Translations under genes and position numbers: made by a program | Part shown: one piece after another, positions 39,029 through 52,215 of the stretch | Numbering within the stretch: position 1 is the first letter of the stretch | Layout of the letters: every line of letters starts with the position of its first letter | The notes under the pieces: model-generated | Seen by the model: only the letters and a program-made list of their open reading frames with translations | The model's database searches: none | What the model was told of the DNA's origin: nothing | Assembly: GCA_902771755.1 (NCBI GenBank) | Contig: CACXYD010000002.1 | Span: 912-64,911, forward strand | DNA from: an uncultured Ruminococcus sp. | GTDB lineage: Bacteria > Bacillota > Clostridia > Oscillospirales > Acutalibacteraceae | DNA: 64,000 nt | Reading direction: 5' to 3'

Positions 39029-39787
39029 TCAGCTTGCATTCGTTGTCGTTTGAGTTGCGTTTGCTACATAGCTTTCGTACTCGTCAATGCCCCAGTTTTC
39101 TTTTACTTCATCGGAGATAGGGAAGGTGCGAAACAGCATTGTACTGCGTTCGCTGTCCGCCTTATCCTCGTTGGTGCTGAGGGCATAGACATTGCCGTTG
39201 TACCACAACTCGTTGGTGCTTTCAAAGGTTGTGCGGTAGAAAATATCCTGAATTGTATCGACCTTATCAATGCCCATTCCGCTTACTGCGGCAGCCATTA
39301 CGGCACTTTTCATCAGGATTGCATCGCTGTTATTTTTCTCGTTTTCAATCGAAACGAAGTTGCTCATTGTTGTGCCAAGGCCGATATTCATAATGTAATT
39401 CGTCTTTGTTTCAACAGAGGCTGTGAAGTTTATTTTGTCGGCATCATAGTAATAATACTGATACTCCGTGCCGTTTGCGTCATCCTGCGGACTGCCGAGC
39501 ATTTTCCAGCCCTTTGGGTTAATCATATCAAGATTGCCCGCCTCTTTGAGCATTTCGTTGTAGTTATGCGTAAATTCTTCAAGCGTGATTGCGTAGCACA
39601 TCCCGTTTACATTTTCGCTTTTTTGGCGGATATTTGGATTCTCTGTTACCTTTGCCTCATCAAGAGTCGAGATTTTATCGGGCGCATCTACAACACCCGA
39701 AACATCGGCTTTTGTCTTGTCCGAACAGCCGAAAAGCGACAGCATAAGCATTGCCGTTACAATCAAAACTAAAGATTTTTTCATCAA
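39029..39787 (-). CDS. Lipoprotein of unknown function
   Basis: MMKKSLVLIVTAMLMLSLFGC lipobox. Confidence 0.8.
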   Translation of the reverse strand: MMKKSLVLIVTAMLMLSLFGCSDKTKADVSGVVDAPDKISTLDEAKVTENPNIRQKSENVNGMCYAITLEEFTHNYNEMLKEAGNLDMINPKGWKMLGSPQDDANGTEYQYYYYDADKINFTASVETKTNYIMNIGLGTTMSNFVSIENEKNNSDAILMKSAVMAAAVSGMGIDKVDTIQDIFYRTTFESTNELWYNGNVYALSTNEDKADSERSTMLFRTFPISDEVKENWGIDEYESYVANATQTTTNAS

Positions 39788-39808
39788 ATCACCAAATTTT
39801 CGTGTGTC

Positions 39809-39838
39809 AAAAACTCCACTTAAAAAAGTGGAGTTTTC
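39809..39838 (-). terminator. Terminator after gyrA
   Basis: AAAACTCCACT/AGTGGAGTTTT stem. Confidence 0.7.
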
Positions 39839-39851
39839 TTATTTTTATTAA

Positions 39852-42431
39852 TTATTCTTCCGTATTTTCTTCGGTTGATTCAGAAGTTTCGCCCTCGTTA
39901 TTTTCGGGAACTTCTTCTGCAACTGTTTCTACGGTTTCACCGTTTTCGGCATTTTCTGCGCTGTCTTCACCCTCGGCAGATTCGTCATCTTCGCCGTCAA
40001 TGTGGGGAACACGGGCAATTGTTACAACCTTGTCGTCACCGTTTACTTTCATCACGGTTACACCCTTTGATGGACGGGCGCAAACACGGATTGACTCGGC
40101 GGCAATTCTGATAATAATGCCTTCTTCGGAGATGATAATAATATCATCGTCAAGGTTAACCACCTTGATAGCGGCAACATCGCCGTATTTTTCTGTATGG
40201 TAGTTGGTAAGTCCCTTACCGCCACGGCTCTGAACACGGTAATCGTCGGGACTTGAAAGTCTGCCGTAACCTGTTTCGGAAACTGTGAGAACAAGACCGC
40301 CCTCACGGACAACGCTCATTCCGACTACGCAGTCACCCTCTTTGAGAGCCATTGCCTTAACACCACGAGCCTGTCTGCCCATTGCACGAATGTCGGTTTC
40401 GTTAAAGCGGATAGCCATACCTTTCTTGGTGGCGATGATAACCTGACTGTTGCCGTCAGTCATTCTTACCCACGCAAGTTCGTCACCCTCGTTGAGTTCA
40501 AGAGCGATAAGACCGCCCTTTCTTGAGGTGTTGTATGCGTTGAGTTCAATACGCTTGATAATGCCCTGACGGGTAACCATAACAAGGTATTTTTCCTCGT
40601 CAAACTCAGGCACTCTTATCATTGAAGTTACCTTTTCATCGGGTGAAATCGGGAGCAGGTTTGCAATGTTTACACCCTTTGACTGGCGGCTGCCCTCGGG
40701 AACTTCATAGCATTTAAGGCGATAAACTCTGCCCTTGTCGGTAAAGAACAGAACATAATCGTGCGAATTGATTACGAACATTTCAGCCGCAACATCTTCT
40801 TCACGGCGTGACATACCCGATACACCACGACCGCCTCTGCGCTGAATTTTGTAGGTATCTGCAGAAAGACGCTTTACATAGCCAAACTGTGTGAGTGTAA
40901 GAACGCACTCCTCCTGCGGAATAAGATCCTCAATATCAACCTCACCGCTGACAGCACAAATTTCTGTTCTTCTCGGATCGGCATATTTATTACGAATCTG
41001 CATAATTTCTTCTTTTACGATTTCAAGCTGTCTTGACTCGCTTGCAAGAATTTCAAGATATTCTTCAATCTTTGCATGGAGAGCGGCAATTTCATCCTCA
41101 ATCTTAGTCTGCTCCATATTTGTGAGCTGACCAAGACGCATCTGAACTATAGCCTGAGCCTGAACATCATCAAGACCGAAACGCTCCATAAGACCTGCTT
41201 TTGCACTTGCAGTATCCTTGCTGTTTCTGATAATTTTGATTACCTCGTCAATGAAGTCAAGCGCAATCTTCAAGCCCTCAAGAATGTGGGCTCTGTCACG
41301 AGCCTTTTTGAGGTCAAAATCAGTACGGCGGCGAATAACTTCAGCCTGAAATTCAATGTAGCACTGGAGCATTTCTTTAAGTGAAAGAATTTTAGGCTCG
41401 CCGTCAACGATTGAAAGCATAATTGCACCGAAAGTTGTCTGCAACTGTGTGTATGAAAACAGCTGATTGAGAACAATCTGCGGTGAGGCATCTCTCTTGA
41501 TGTCAATTTCAATGTGCATACCCTTACGGTCGGAGTGGTCTTCGATATTTGAAATACCTTCGATTCTCTTGTCTTTTACGAGGTCGGCAATATTCTCAAT
41601 AAGTCTTGCCTTGTTGACCTTGTAGGGGAGTTCCGTAACGATAATTTTATATCTGCCGTTTTTAGCCTCAACAATTTCGGTTCTGGCTCTTACGGTGATT
41701 TTTCCTCGACCTGTTGCATAGGCAGCACGAATACCGCTTCTGCCCATAATGATACCGCCCGTTGGGAAATCGGGACCGGGCATACACTCCATAATCTCGG
41801 CAAGTTCAGCATCGGGATTGTCAATGAGAGTGCAGACCGCATCAATTGTTTCACCGAGGTTATGCGGCGGAATTTCGGTTGCCATACCAACGGCAATACC
41901 GCTTGAACCGTTTACAAGAAGGTTTGGAAAACGGCTTGGAAGAACGGTCGGCTCTTTAAGACGGTCATCATAGTTCGACATGAAGTCAACCGTGTTTTTC
42001 TCGATATCTGTGAGCATTTCAAGAGAAATTTTGCTCATTCTTGCCTCTGTGTAACGGTAAGCAGCAGGCGGATCACCGTCTACCGAACCGAAGTTACCGT
42101 GACCGTCAACAAGCATATATCTCATAGAAAAGTCCTGTGCAAGACGAACCATTGCGTCATAAACCGAGGCGTCACCGTGTGGGTGATACGAACCAAGCAC
42201 CTGACCTACTGTGTCGGCGCACTTATGGTACGGCTTTGACGGATCAAGACCGATTTGATTCATTGTGTAGAGTATTCTTCTGTGAACAGGTTTCAAACCG
42301 TCTCTGACATCGGGCAATGCACGGGAAACGATAACGCTCATGGAGTAGTCCAAAAAGCTTTTTCTCATTTCATTTTGCAGATCGACATCAATAATTCTCG
42401 AATCCTTGTTCTGATTCTGTTCGTTATCCAT
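39852..42431 (-). CDS. gyrA: DNA gyrase subunit A
   Basis: [29 protein letters not shown], GyrA-box QRRGGRG, acidic tail. Confidence 0.98.
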   Translation of the reverse strand: MDNEQNQNKDSRIIDVDLQNEMRKSFLDYSMSVIVSRALPDVRDGLKPVHRRILYTMNQIGLDPSKPYHKCADTVGQVLGSYHPHGDASVYDAMVRLAQDFSMRYMLVDGHGNFGSVDGDPPAAYRYTEARMSKISLEMLTDIEKNTVDFMSNYDDRLKEPTVLPSRFPNLLVNGSSGIAVGMATEIPPHNLGETIDAVCTLIDNPDAELAEIMECMPGPDFPTGGIIMGRSGIRAAYATGRGKITVRARTEIVEAKNGRYKIIVTELPYKVNKARLIENIADLVKDKRIEGISNIEDHSDRKGMHIEIDIKRDASPQIVLNQLFSYTQLQTTFGAIMLSIVDGEPKILSLKEMLQCYIEFQAEVIRRRTDFDLKKARDRAHILEGLKIALDFIDEVIKIIRNSKDTASAKAGLMERFGLDDVQAQAIVQMRLGQLTNMEQTKIEDEIAALHAKIEEYLEILASESRQLEIVKEEIMQIRNKYADPRRTEICAVSGEVDIEDLIPQEECVLTLTQFGYVKRLSADTYKIQRRGGRGVSGMSRREEDVAAEMFVINSHDYVLFFTDKGRVYRLKCYEVPEGSRQSKGVNIANLLPISPDEKVTSMIRVPEFDEEKYLVMVTRQGIIKRIELNAYNTSRKGGLIALELNEGDELAWVRMTDGNSQVIIATKKGMAIRFNETDIRAMGRQARGVKAMALKEGDCVVGMSVVREGGLVLTVSETGYGRLSSPDDYRVQSRGGKGLTNYHTEKYGDVAAIKVVNLDDDIIIISEEGIIIRIAAESIRVCARPSKGVTVMKVNGDDKVVTIARVPHIDGEDDESAEGEDSAENAENGETVETVAEEVPENNEGETSESTEENTEE

Positions 42432-42532
42432 ATTCTTTCCTCGCTTTTCAAGCTCTTGTTACTATCTGTTCAATAATTTATATTAGTGTTGTTTTGCGGT
42501 TTTAAGTTAGATTTTTGTGCAATTTTGTTTCA

Positions 42533-43019
42533 GTAGGGGCGTTCATTGGACGCCCGCCTTGATGAAATAATTTGTTTTTTACATATGTTTTGATGTGATG
42601 AAAATTATGTATGAATTTTGTAGCGGCGAACCGTGTTCGCCATTCATTTTGCTTGAAAAAGCAAAATGATTAAACAACATTTTTTAATTAAACATCATTA
42701 CCGATTTAAACAAATCATTTGTATCGCCAAGTAGGTTTTGCAATTATTTTGATTTTGTGCCGTTACTTATTCAATTCGTGTTTACACACGAATTGATTGG
42801 CGATCACTGATCGCCGCTACAGTATGGCAATACATTTGCGGCATTTATAAAATCACATTTTCAGCATAATTATTGCCATTACTTACGGGCGGATGATATC
42901 CGCCCCTACGTATAAATTGTTCAAACAATCAAAATGTACGCTCGGGCATAAATAGTTTTGTATACTGCAAACTATCTTCTCAAGTTGGGTGCAGCGACAC
43001 GCTGCCGACGGCTCGCCGT
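42533..43019. repeat. GTAG REP-like hairpin array 2
   Basis: Units at 42533(+), 42620(+), 42771-42820(-), 42885(-); terminal arm 42940-43019 homologous to 38942-39009. Confidence 0.85.
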
Positions 43020-43450
43020 CAGAAGTGTTTTACTGCGGCTGAAATATCTTCGTAAAGTTTCGGAAAGCGTTTTTTGATGCTGGTGGGGCGGAATGTTTTG
43101 GAATCTACGAAACCGTGTTCGGTTGTGCCGTAGCCGAGTTCCGTTTCCGAACCGTCCTTTTCAATACGCTTTACCGTGTATGTAAAAATAATTCTTGCGG
43201 CTGTGATAGTCTGCACCCATGTGCGGATAATCAGCTCGTCCTCATAAAGGGCAGGGATTCCGTAGTGACAACTCAGGTTCAAAAGTGGAGTCATCACACC
43301 TACATTCTCCATGTCTGTGTAGCTGATTCCAAACATTTTGATATAGTCATTTCTTGCTATTTCGTACCAAATCGGGTAATTTGAGTGGTGTACAATTCCC
43401 ATTTTATCCGTTTCTGCGTAACGAACTGTAACTTTTGTTCTTGCGTGCAT
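43019..43450 (-). CDS. Acyl-CoA thioesterase (YbgC/4HBT hotdog family)
   Basis: VRYAETDKMGIVHHSNYPIWYEIAR. Confidence 0.9.
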   Translation of the reverse strand: MHARTKVTVRYAETDKMGIVHHSNYPIWYEIARNDYIKMFGISYTDMENVGVMTPLLNLSCHYGIPALYEDELIIRTWVQTITAARIIFTYTVKRIEKDGSETELGYGTTEHGFVDSKTFRPTSIKKRFPKLYEDISAAVKHF

Positions 43451-43490
43451 AAAATCACCCCGTTTTTAGAATTTTTAATATCGTAATGTA

Positions 43491-45967
<2,477 letters not shown>

Positions 45968-45978
45968 AATATCACCCG

Positions 45979-46710
45979 TTAAAACTTTCTGTTCACGGAG
46001 TAACGGTTGCCGTCATCCGACTTTTTATTCTCCGAAGTTTCTTCGGAATTTATGTAGTGTCTGCTCCTGTTCACGGTGTGGTGTGGGGGAGTTTCGGAGT
46101 GAATCTTTTTGAGAGTTGCTCCGCTTGATGCGTGATTTTCGCTTGTATTATTAATCACGGGAACATATTCCTGCTTTTCAAATGAGGATGAATCGGAAGA
46201 AATTTCGTTTGAATCGAGTCTTTGTCTTGCGGCATTTCTTTCGGCTCTGATTTTATTGAATACATCCGTGTTAATTTCAAAATTGTCATCGGTATCATTC
46301 TGCTGAGGAGTGATACTCGGGAAAGTATAGTTTTCGTCCTCGTCAAGTTCAGAGGTGAGAAGGTTGTCGGAGTAGGCAATGCCTGCTTTTTTAGCCTCCA
46401 TAGACTTCTGATATTTTTTGAACGGCTCATAGTGAACGAAGTTCGGTGAAACTGCCGCAAAAATTACGAGCGGAATTGCAACGAGCAAAATTCCGAGAGG
46501 ATTGCTCACAAGACCTGCAAGAATCCAGCCTGCCATAATTGCAAGAGAAATTACCGCAGCAACAATAAAAAACAAAATTACCTTTTTGTCAATTACAACC
46601 TTGCTCTCTTTGCCGCATTTTTGACAGATGTATTCTGCCTTTCTTCTGCTTGCAAACGATGAGGTATATGAAATTCTTCTTCCGCAGTAGGGGCATTTTC
46701 TCATTTTCAT
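45979..46710 (-). CDS. CxxC-x19-CxxC zinc-ribbon membrane protein with long polar tail
   Basis: CPYC...CQKC, two TM helices. Confidence 0.78.
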   Translation of the reverse strand: MKMRKCPYCGRRISYTSSFASRRKAEYICQKCGKESKVVIDKKVILFFIVAAVISLAIMAGWILAGLVSNPLGILLVAIPLVIFAAVSPNFVHYEPFKKYQKSMEAKKAGIAYSDNLLTSELDEDENYTFPSITPQQNDTDDNFEINTDVFNKIRAERNAARQRLDSNEISSDSSSFEKQEYVPVINNTSENHASSGATLKKIHSETPPHHTVNRSRHYINSEETSENKKSDDGNRYSVNRKF

Positions 46711-46737
46711 ACGCAGAACTCCTTTTTAATATCCGTA

Positions 46738-47010
46738 TCAACGGTACATAAGCTCCTTATAGGGCGATTGACTTCTTTTTATGAGTGTTTTTGACGAAAG
46801 CTGGCTGATATAAACGGTGATTTTACCGTTTTTTTCGCAGACAACAAAGGATTTTGGCAATTCATACGAAACATTCACAACTCTGCCGCTTTTTTCGGCG
46901 GTGGTAAGATAATCCCTTGTCTTTTTTGACACGGTACACTCATCCATATCAAAAATTCCGATAACCGTTTCGGTTGTAATAACGGTATCCTGTCCGAGAT
47001 GAAGATACAT
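46738..47010 (-). CDS. remB: RemB/DUF370 family protein
   Basis: MYLHLG, IGIFD, PKSFVV, VYISQLSSKTL; position after recF. Confidence 0.85.
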   Translation of the reverse strand: MYLHLGQDTVITTETVIGIFDMDECTVSKKTRDYLTTAEKSGRVVNVSYELPKSFVVCEKNGKITVYISQLSSKTLIKRSQSPYKELMYR

Positions 47011-48107
47011 CAGCTCACCTCTCCGTTGTTCAGCAAAAAGATTTTTCCGTCTTTCAGCTGTTCTTTATTCGACTTTTCACAGCAGGTGATGAACACCTGA
47101 CAGCCGTGAAGTTCATTGAGCAAAAAATCCTGTCTTTTTGCATCAAGCTCGGAAAGCACATCGTCAAGCAAAATTACGGGTTCTTCGCCCATTCTTTCAC
47201 GCAATACTGATGCCTCGGCAAGTTTCAGCGACAAAACGGCACTTCGCTGTTGTCCCTGAGATGCAAAAGATCTGGCATTTTTGCCGTTTATTATAATTTC
47301 AATATCGTCACGATGCGGTCCGTAGTTCGTAAAGCCCGTACGGATATCGTCACTTTGATGTTTTTCAAGTTTAGATTTGAGTTTTTCGTAAATTTCACCG
47401 ACTGTATCATTCTCGGACACATCGTATCCCGACACATATCGGATTTTCAGCTCCTCTTTGCCTTTTGAAATTCCGTTATGGTACTCAACGGCACGGTCGG
47501 AGAGCATTTTTACATAGTCAATTCTGTTTTTTACAAGCATTGCGCCGTTTTTTAAGAGCGGTTCGTCCCATACGGGGAGTGTATCCGCAAGTGACGGGCG
47601 CTTGTAGATGTCTTTCAAAAGCGAATTTCTTTGGTTGAGAATTCTGTTGTACTTTGAGAGAACAACCGCATTTTTGAGTTTTTCACGGCAGATTGCGCTA
47701 TCAACGAACTTTCTCCGCTCACCCGGACCTCGTTTTATAAGACTGAGGTGTTCGGGAGAAAATACAACGGCACAGAACCGTTCAATCAAAGCGGCGGCTG
47801 AATTTTTCTGCACACCGTTGATTTCTACGGACTTTTTTCCGCCCTTGAAAAGAATTTTTGCGGTCTGCTCACGCTCTTGACCGAGAAAACGCATCTCAAT
47901 CTTCGCAAAATTCTCGTCCCAATTGATTACTTCGCTGTCTTTTGAACCTCTGAAGCTGTGACCTCCGCAAAAAAACCACAGTGCCTCAAGCAAATTTGTC
48001 TTTCCCTGAGCGTTGTCACCGTAAATTATATTTACTCCGTCACAAGGAGTGATTATATTGTCCTTTAAATTTCTGTAATTTTCAAATTTAAGAGCAATTA
48101 CCTTCAC
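47010..48107 (-). CDS. recF: DNA replication/repair protein RecF
   Basis: GDNAQGKTN, GPHRDD, SQGQQR, LLDDVLSELD. Confidence 0.97.
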   Translation of the reverse strand: MKVIALKFENYRNLKDNIITPCDGVNIIYGDNAQGKTNLLEALWFFCGGHSFRGSKDSEVINWDENFAKIEMRFLGQEREQTAKILFKGGKKSVEINGVQKNSAAALIERFCAVVFSPEHLSLIKRGPGERRKFVDSAICREKLKNAVVLSKYNRILNQRNSLLKDIYKRPSLADTLPVWDEPLLKNGAMLVKNRIDYVKMLSDRAVEYHNGISKGKEELKIRYVSGYDVSENDTVGEIYEKLKSKLEKHQSDDIRTGFTNYGPHRDDIEIIINGKNARSFASQGQQRSAVLSLKLAEASVLRERMGEEPVILLDDVLSELDAKRQDFLLNELHGCQVFITCCEKSNKEQLKDGKIFLLNNGEVS

Positions 48108-48127
48108 TTACTTCATCAATCCCAAAG

Positions 48128-48340
48128 TTATTCAACGATTATTTCAAGACCGTCAAACACAGCTGTGTCGCCGACACGCATTTTTTTGCCTCTCATTGTG
48201 CAGACCTCACCGTTTACGGTGACATCTCCGTTCTGAATTACAACTTTTGCCTGTCCGCCGGTTTCAACCGCACCGCCGAGTTTGAGTAAATCCTGCAATT
48301 TTATGTATTCGCTGTCAATTTTAATTTTCTCAGTTTTCAT
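48128..48340 (-). CDS. S4-domain RNA-binding protein (YaaA-like)
   Basis: YIKLQDLLK, TGGQAK, VNGE..RGKK. Confidence 0.9.
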   Translation of the reverse strand: MKTEKIKIDSEYIKLQDLLKLGGAVETGGQAKVVIQNGDVTVNGEVCTMRGKKMRVGDTAVFDGLEIIVE

Positions 48341-49436
48341 TTGCCAACCTCATCGGAACAACTATGCTCAGATAGCTGTCACCCTTAACGGGTTTTACAA
48401 TCATTGCCGTAAGAGAACCGTTTAAAACGAGTTTGATCTCATCGGTATCGGCATTTTTAAGAGCGTCAAGAAGATATCTGTTGTTAAAACCGATTTCAAC
48501 CGACTCTCCGACAATCGGAACAGAGATTACATCGTTGGCTCTGCCGACTGCAGATGTGCATGAAAGTTTGATTTCATCATCCGAGAAAATGCATCTTACG
48601 GGGCTCTGGATTCTGTCGTTATTCAAAAGCGACATTCTTTCAACTGCATCAATGATTGTTCTTGTATTTATAACTACCTCGGTTTTTGCCTCTTTCGGGA
48701 TTGCAGACTTGTAGTCTATGAAAGTACCCTCAATAAGACGGGAGATAATTCTGTAATTTTTGATTTTGAAGGTGATGTGTCGCTGACCGATGATGATTTC
48801 TGCATTTTCTTCGTCATCGGTGAGGAGTTTAAGCACCTCGTGCTGAGTTTTTCCCGGAACAACAAAACGGTTTTTGCTTTCGCTGTCTACATTTTCACTG
48901 CGAATAGCCATTCTGTAACCGTCAATGGCGATGATTTTGAATACACCGTCCTCAATTTCGTAAAGTGAGCCTGTGTAAATAGGCTTTGCCGTGTTTTCAC
49001 TTACTGCGTAAACTGTCTGTCTGATCATATCACGCAGAACTTTTGCGTTGAGAGTGATTCCGTCAGTCTGTTCAAATGACGGAAGGTCGGGATATTCAAC
49101 AGATGACATTCCGACAATCTGGTAATTAACCTTACCGCAGGCAATGTATGTAACCATACGCTCATCGGTTTCGATAAAGACAACTTCTTCGGGAAGTCTG
49201 CGGACAATATCAAGAAACAGTTTTGCACTTACAACAATTTCGCCTTCTTCTTTGATTGTTGCCTCAATGTCGGTTGTTATACCGATTTCGAGGTTGTAGC
49301 CGGAAATGTTGAGTGTGTCACCGTATGCTTTTATAAGAACGCCTTCAAGTGCAGGAATTGATGCCTTTGTTGACACAGCTCTTGACACATTGGAGATGGC
49401 TGTCGCCAAATCGGATCGCAAACATGAAATTTTCAT
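48330..49436 (-). CDS. dnaN: DNA polymerase III beta clamp
   Basis: AIDGYRMA, SRLIEG, IGFNNRYLLD, VVPMR; start at MKISC (or 49445), not 49586. Confidence 0.96.
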   Translation of the reverse strand: MKISCLRSDLATAISNVSRAVSTKASIPALEGVLIKAYGDTLNISGYNLEIGITTDIEATIKEEGEIVVSAKLFLDIVRRLPEEVVFIETDERMVTYIACGKVNYQIVGMSSVEYPDLPSFEQTDGITLNAKVLRDMIRQTVYAVSENTAKPIYTGSLYEIEDGVFKIIAIDGYRMAIRSENVDSESKNRFVVPGKTQHEVLKLLTDDEENAEIIIGQRHITFKIKNYRIISRLIEGTFIDYKSAIPKEAKTEVVINTRTIIDAVERMSLLNNDRIQSPVRCIFSDDEIKLSCTSAVGRANDVISVPIVGESVEIGFNNRYLLDALKNADTDEIKLVLNGSLTAMIVKPVKGDSYLSIVVPMRLANEN

Positions 49437-49453
49437 CGGGTGCATTCTCTCCT

Positions 49454-49665
49454 GTCTATTTATTAATATTTTTATTGTAGTAGTAGTAGGGGATGTCAAA
49501 ATGTCAAAAAGCGGTGAGATTCCGCATTGACACTGAAAAAAAGCATAAACAAAAGATTTTTGCGATTTGTTTGCTTTTGTTGACAAAAATATTTTTGAGC
49601 AAATCTTTCAACATCGGGTTGAAGAATGTTTATGGAATGTTGAAAAATATGTTGAATAAGTTAGT
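49454..49665. other. oriC unwinding region (DUE, DnaA-trios, variant DnaA boxes)
   Basis: AT-rich 49457-49476, TAGTAGTAGTAG 49478-49489, GGGG, box-like 9-mers at 49494, 49502, 49578, 49605, 49617, 49638, 49650; coding strand switches nearby. Confidence 0.85.
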
Positions 49666-51024
49666 CTATCTGTCACGGATATTTTTGATGGTATCGTCAA
49701 TGATTTCTTTGACCTTTCTGTCCTTTTCCATCATCTTCTGAACCTTCTGAATTGTATATATAATAGTAGAGTAGTGACGGTTGCCGAATTCTTCACCGAT
49801 TGCAACCATTGAAAGCGTTGTAAGCTCTCGTGTAACATATATAGCAATATGTCTTGCATTGCTGATGTTGGCACTGCGGTTTTTCTGAGAACGGATTTCG
49901 TCTGCAGAAACACCGTAGGTTCTTGCAACCTCATCAATAATGCGTTCAACGGTAACTTCGGGCGGAGCGTCATTATTAAGAATGTCGGAAATGATTCCCT
50001 GAACCGAATTGATTGTAGGTTTTTCGCCGTCAAGGTAGTATTTGGCCTTGATTTTCTTAACCGTACCCTCAAGCTGACGGATATTTGCTTTGATTTTAGA
50101 TGCAATGTACTCGCAGACTTCATCGGAGATTTCAACTCCGTCAAGTTCTGCTTTTCTTTTTATAATAGCAATTCTTGTTTCAAGATCAGGCGGCTGGATA
50201 TCTGCAATAAGGTCCTGCTCAAATCTTGAACGCAGACGATCCTCAAGAGTTTTGATTTCCTTAGGAGGACGGTCCGATGTGAGAACAATCTGTTTTCTTG
50301 CGTCATAAAGTGCGTTAAAGGTGTGGAAGAATTCTTCCTGCGTACTCTCTTTACCGCCGATGAACTGAACATCGTCCACGAGGAGAATATCCGCCTGTCT
50401 GTACTTTTGTCTGAATTCATTCATCTTTGCAAGACGAAGTGATTCGACAAGTTCAACGGTAAAATCGTCACCTTTTATGTAGCAGATAACCTTTGACGGA
50501 TCGTTTTTCTTGATTTCATTGCCGATTGCATACAAAAGGTGAGTCTTGCCGAGTCCCGAGTTTCCGTAAAGAAAGAGCGGATTGTAGGCATGTGACGGAT
50601 TTGTTGCAACTGCAAGACAGGCTGCGTGGGCAAACTTGTTTGACGAGCCGACAATAAATGTGTCAAAGGTGTATTCGTAAGAACTGCTGTCGGGGCTTTG
50701 CAGAAGCGGAGCGGTTGCCGCCGATGTTGTGATTGATGCCGCCGCAGACGGCTTTGGTTTTTTCGGCGCATTTGCCGGTGTGCGGAACTCAATATTGAAC
50801 CTTGTTCCGAAAATCTCTTCAAATCCCTCGTTGAGAAGTGACATATAGCATCTTCTCAATGTCTGGGCGTGAAAGTCATTTGGCACGAGCAGATAAGCGG
50901 TTCCGTTGTCAAAGTCAAGGTCAACGGGCTGGATTCTGCTGATCCATGTATTGTAGGCGATGTCGGTAATTTTAGACTTACAGTAATCGCTTATAACTTT
51001 CCATGCGTCTTCAAAAGAGTCCAT
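49666..51024 (-). CDS. dnaA: Chromosomal replication initiator
   Basis: YNPLFLYGNSGLGKTHL, LLVDDVQF, QEEFFHTFN, RLRSRF, NIRQLEG; start MDSFE; promoter TTGCAA-17-TATAAT at 51138..51110. Confidence 0.98.
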   Translation of the reverse strand: MDSFEDAWKVISDYCKSKITDIAYNTWISRIQPVDLDFDNGTAYLLVPNDFHAQTLRRCYMSLLNEGFEEIFGTRFNIEFRTPANAPKKPKPSAAASITTSAATAPLLQSPDSSSYEYTFDTFIVGSSNKFAHAACLAVATNPSHAYNPLFLYGNSGLGKTHLLYAIGNEIKKNDPSKVICYIKGDDFTVELVESLRLAKMNEFRQKYRQADILLVDDVQFIGGKESTQEEFFHTFNALYDARKQIVLTSDRPPKEIKTLEDRLRSRFEQDLIADIQPPDLETRIAIIKRKAELDGVEISDEVCEYIASKIKANIRQLEGTVKKIKAKYYLDGEKPTINSVQGIISDILNNDAPPEVTVERIIDEVARTYGVSADEIRSQKNRSANISNARHIAIYVTRELTTLSMVAIGEEFGNRHYSTIIYTIQKVQKMMEKDRKVKEIIDDTIKNIRDR

Positions 51025-51210
51025 TAATTTAATCTTTCCCTTCCACGGTGCAACACACTGCACCCATTTTCCATAATTATCCCATTTTGATAAAATACCA
51101 TTCTGCTTTATTATAACGCAACAAATTTAAAATTGCAATTCAAAAAAGCCATTTGTAATTTATTGTAATTTATACTTTATTATTATTAAAGGGCGCAAAT
51201 TTTGCAGAAA

Positions 51211-51257
51211 TTCGGATATATAGTGTGTGTTTAATTCTTTATTGCAATATATTGTAT
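51211..51257. promoter_or_regulatory. Tandem NrdR-box-like sites
   Basis: TTCGGATATATAGTGT and TTGCAATATATTGTAT, starts 31 bp apart. Confidence 0.55.
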
Positions 51258-51419
51258 TTACCAATAAAGAAAAATAATTTGTTACTGTTTTTTGCAGGCA
51301 AAAGAAAATTTTAAATTTCATTTTTGAAAATAAAAATTAAAAATTTTTGTTGACTACGGGCTGAAATTAAGATATAATGCTATATTGCAAGGTTATATTT
51401 TGAAGGGAGGGTTTTCATT

Positions 51420-51554
51420 ATGTTGAGAACTTATCAGCCTAAGAAGCTCCACAGAAAGAAGGAGCACGGCTTCAGAAAGAGAATGTCTACATCTAACGGC
51501 AAGAAAGTTTTAGCCAGACGAAGAGCTAAAGGTAGAAAAAGGTTGTCTTATTAA
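51420..51554 (+). CDS. rpmH: 50S ribosomal protein L34
   Basis: Not in ORF track. [44 protein letters not shown]; GGGAGG RBS; TTGACT-17-TATAAT at 51350-51378. Confidence 0.97.
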   Translation: MLRTYQPKKLHRKKEHGFRKRMSTSNGKKVLARRRAKGRKRLSY

Positions 51555-51620
51555 AGAGGAGACCACTTTTAACCGGTGGTCTTTCTTTTTTAATGCACCT
51601 GTTTGCAAGGTGGTAAATTT

Positions 51621-51962
51621 ATGAGTGAATATATCACTTTGAAGGATAACAGGGATTTTTCCAGACTTTACAGACGGGGAAAATCCTTTGTTGGTCCTGT
51701 TTTGGTAACTTATGTGTTAAAGAACAAATCCGATAACCTGCGTTTTGGAATAACCACCGGCAAGAAAATTGGAAAAGCCGTAAGGCGCACAAGGTCGAGG
51801 AGGGTAATAAGAGAGGCTTATTACAAACTTTATCCCGATATGAAAAAAGGATACGACTTTGTTTTTGTTGCCAGAGGTAAAACACCCTATGTAAAAAGCA
51901 CTGTTATTTATAAGGAAATGAAAAAACAGCTTTTGCTTGCAGGTGTTCTTAAAGAGGGATAG
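51621..51962 (+). CDS. rnpA: Ribonuclease P protein component
   Basis: [30 protein letters not shown]. Confidence 0.95.
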   Translation: MSEYITLKDNRDFSRLYRRGKSFVGPVLVTYVLKNKSDNLRFGITTGKKIGKAVRRTRSRRVIREAYYKLYPDMKKGYDFVFVARGKTPYVKSTVIYKEMKKQLLLAGVLKEG

Positions 51963-51966
51963 TTTT

Positions 51967-52206
51967 ATGAAACGAATTCTTCTGGCAATCATCAGGTTTT
52001 ACCAGACCTCAATTTCTCCGCTGACGGCAAGTCATTGTAAATACATTCCGACTTGTTCGCAGTATGGCGTTGAGGCAATCGAGAGGTTTGGCGCACTCAA
52101 AGGCACAGCGCTTACCGTTTGGCGTATTTTGCGCTGCAATCCGTTTTCAAAGGGCGGGTACGATCCCGTTCCGGAAAAAAAGCCAAAGAGTAAGAAATTA
52201 AAGTGA
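51967..52206 (+). CDS. yidD: Membrane protein insertion efficiency factor
   Basis: [26 protein letters not shown]. Confidence 0.95.
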   Translation: MKRILLAIIRFYQTSISPLTASHCKYIPTCSQYGVEAIERFGALKGTALTVWRILRCNPFSKGGYDPVPEKKPKSKKLK

Positions 52207-52215
52207 GGTAACTGT

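Noticed and set aside
38361-39120. ORFs 38361..38600 and 38869..39120
   Set aside because: They read through repeat hairpins, and lack an RBS or protein-like features; not a transposase
49437-49586. N-terminal extension of DnaN in the ORF track
   Set aside because: Runs across the DnaA-trio/DUE region; RBS and homology support the downstream start
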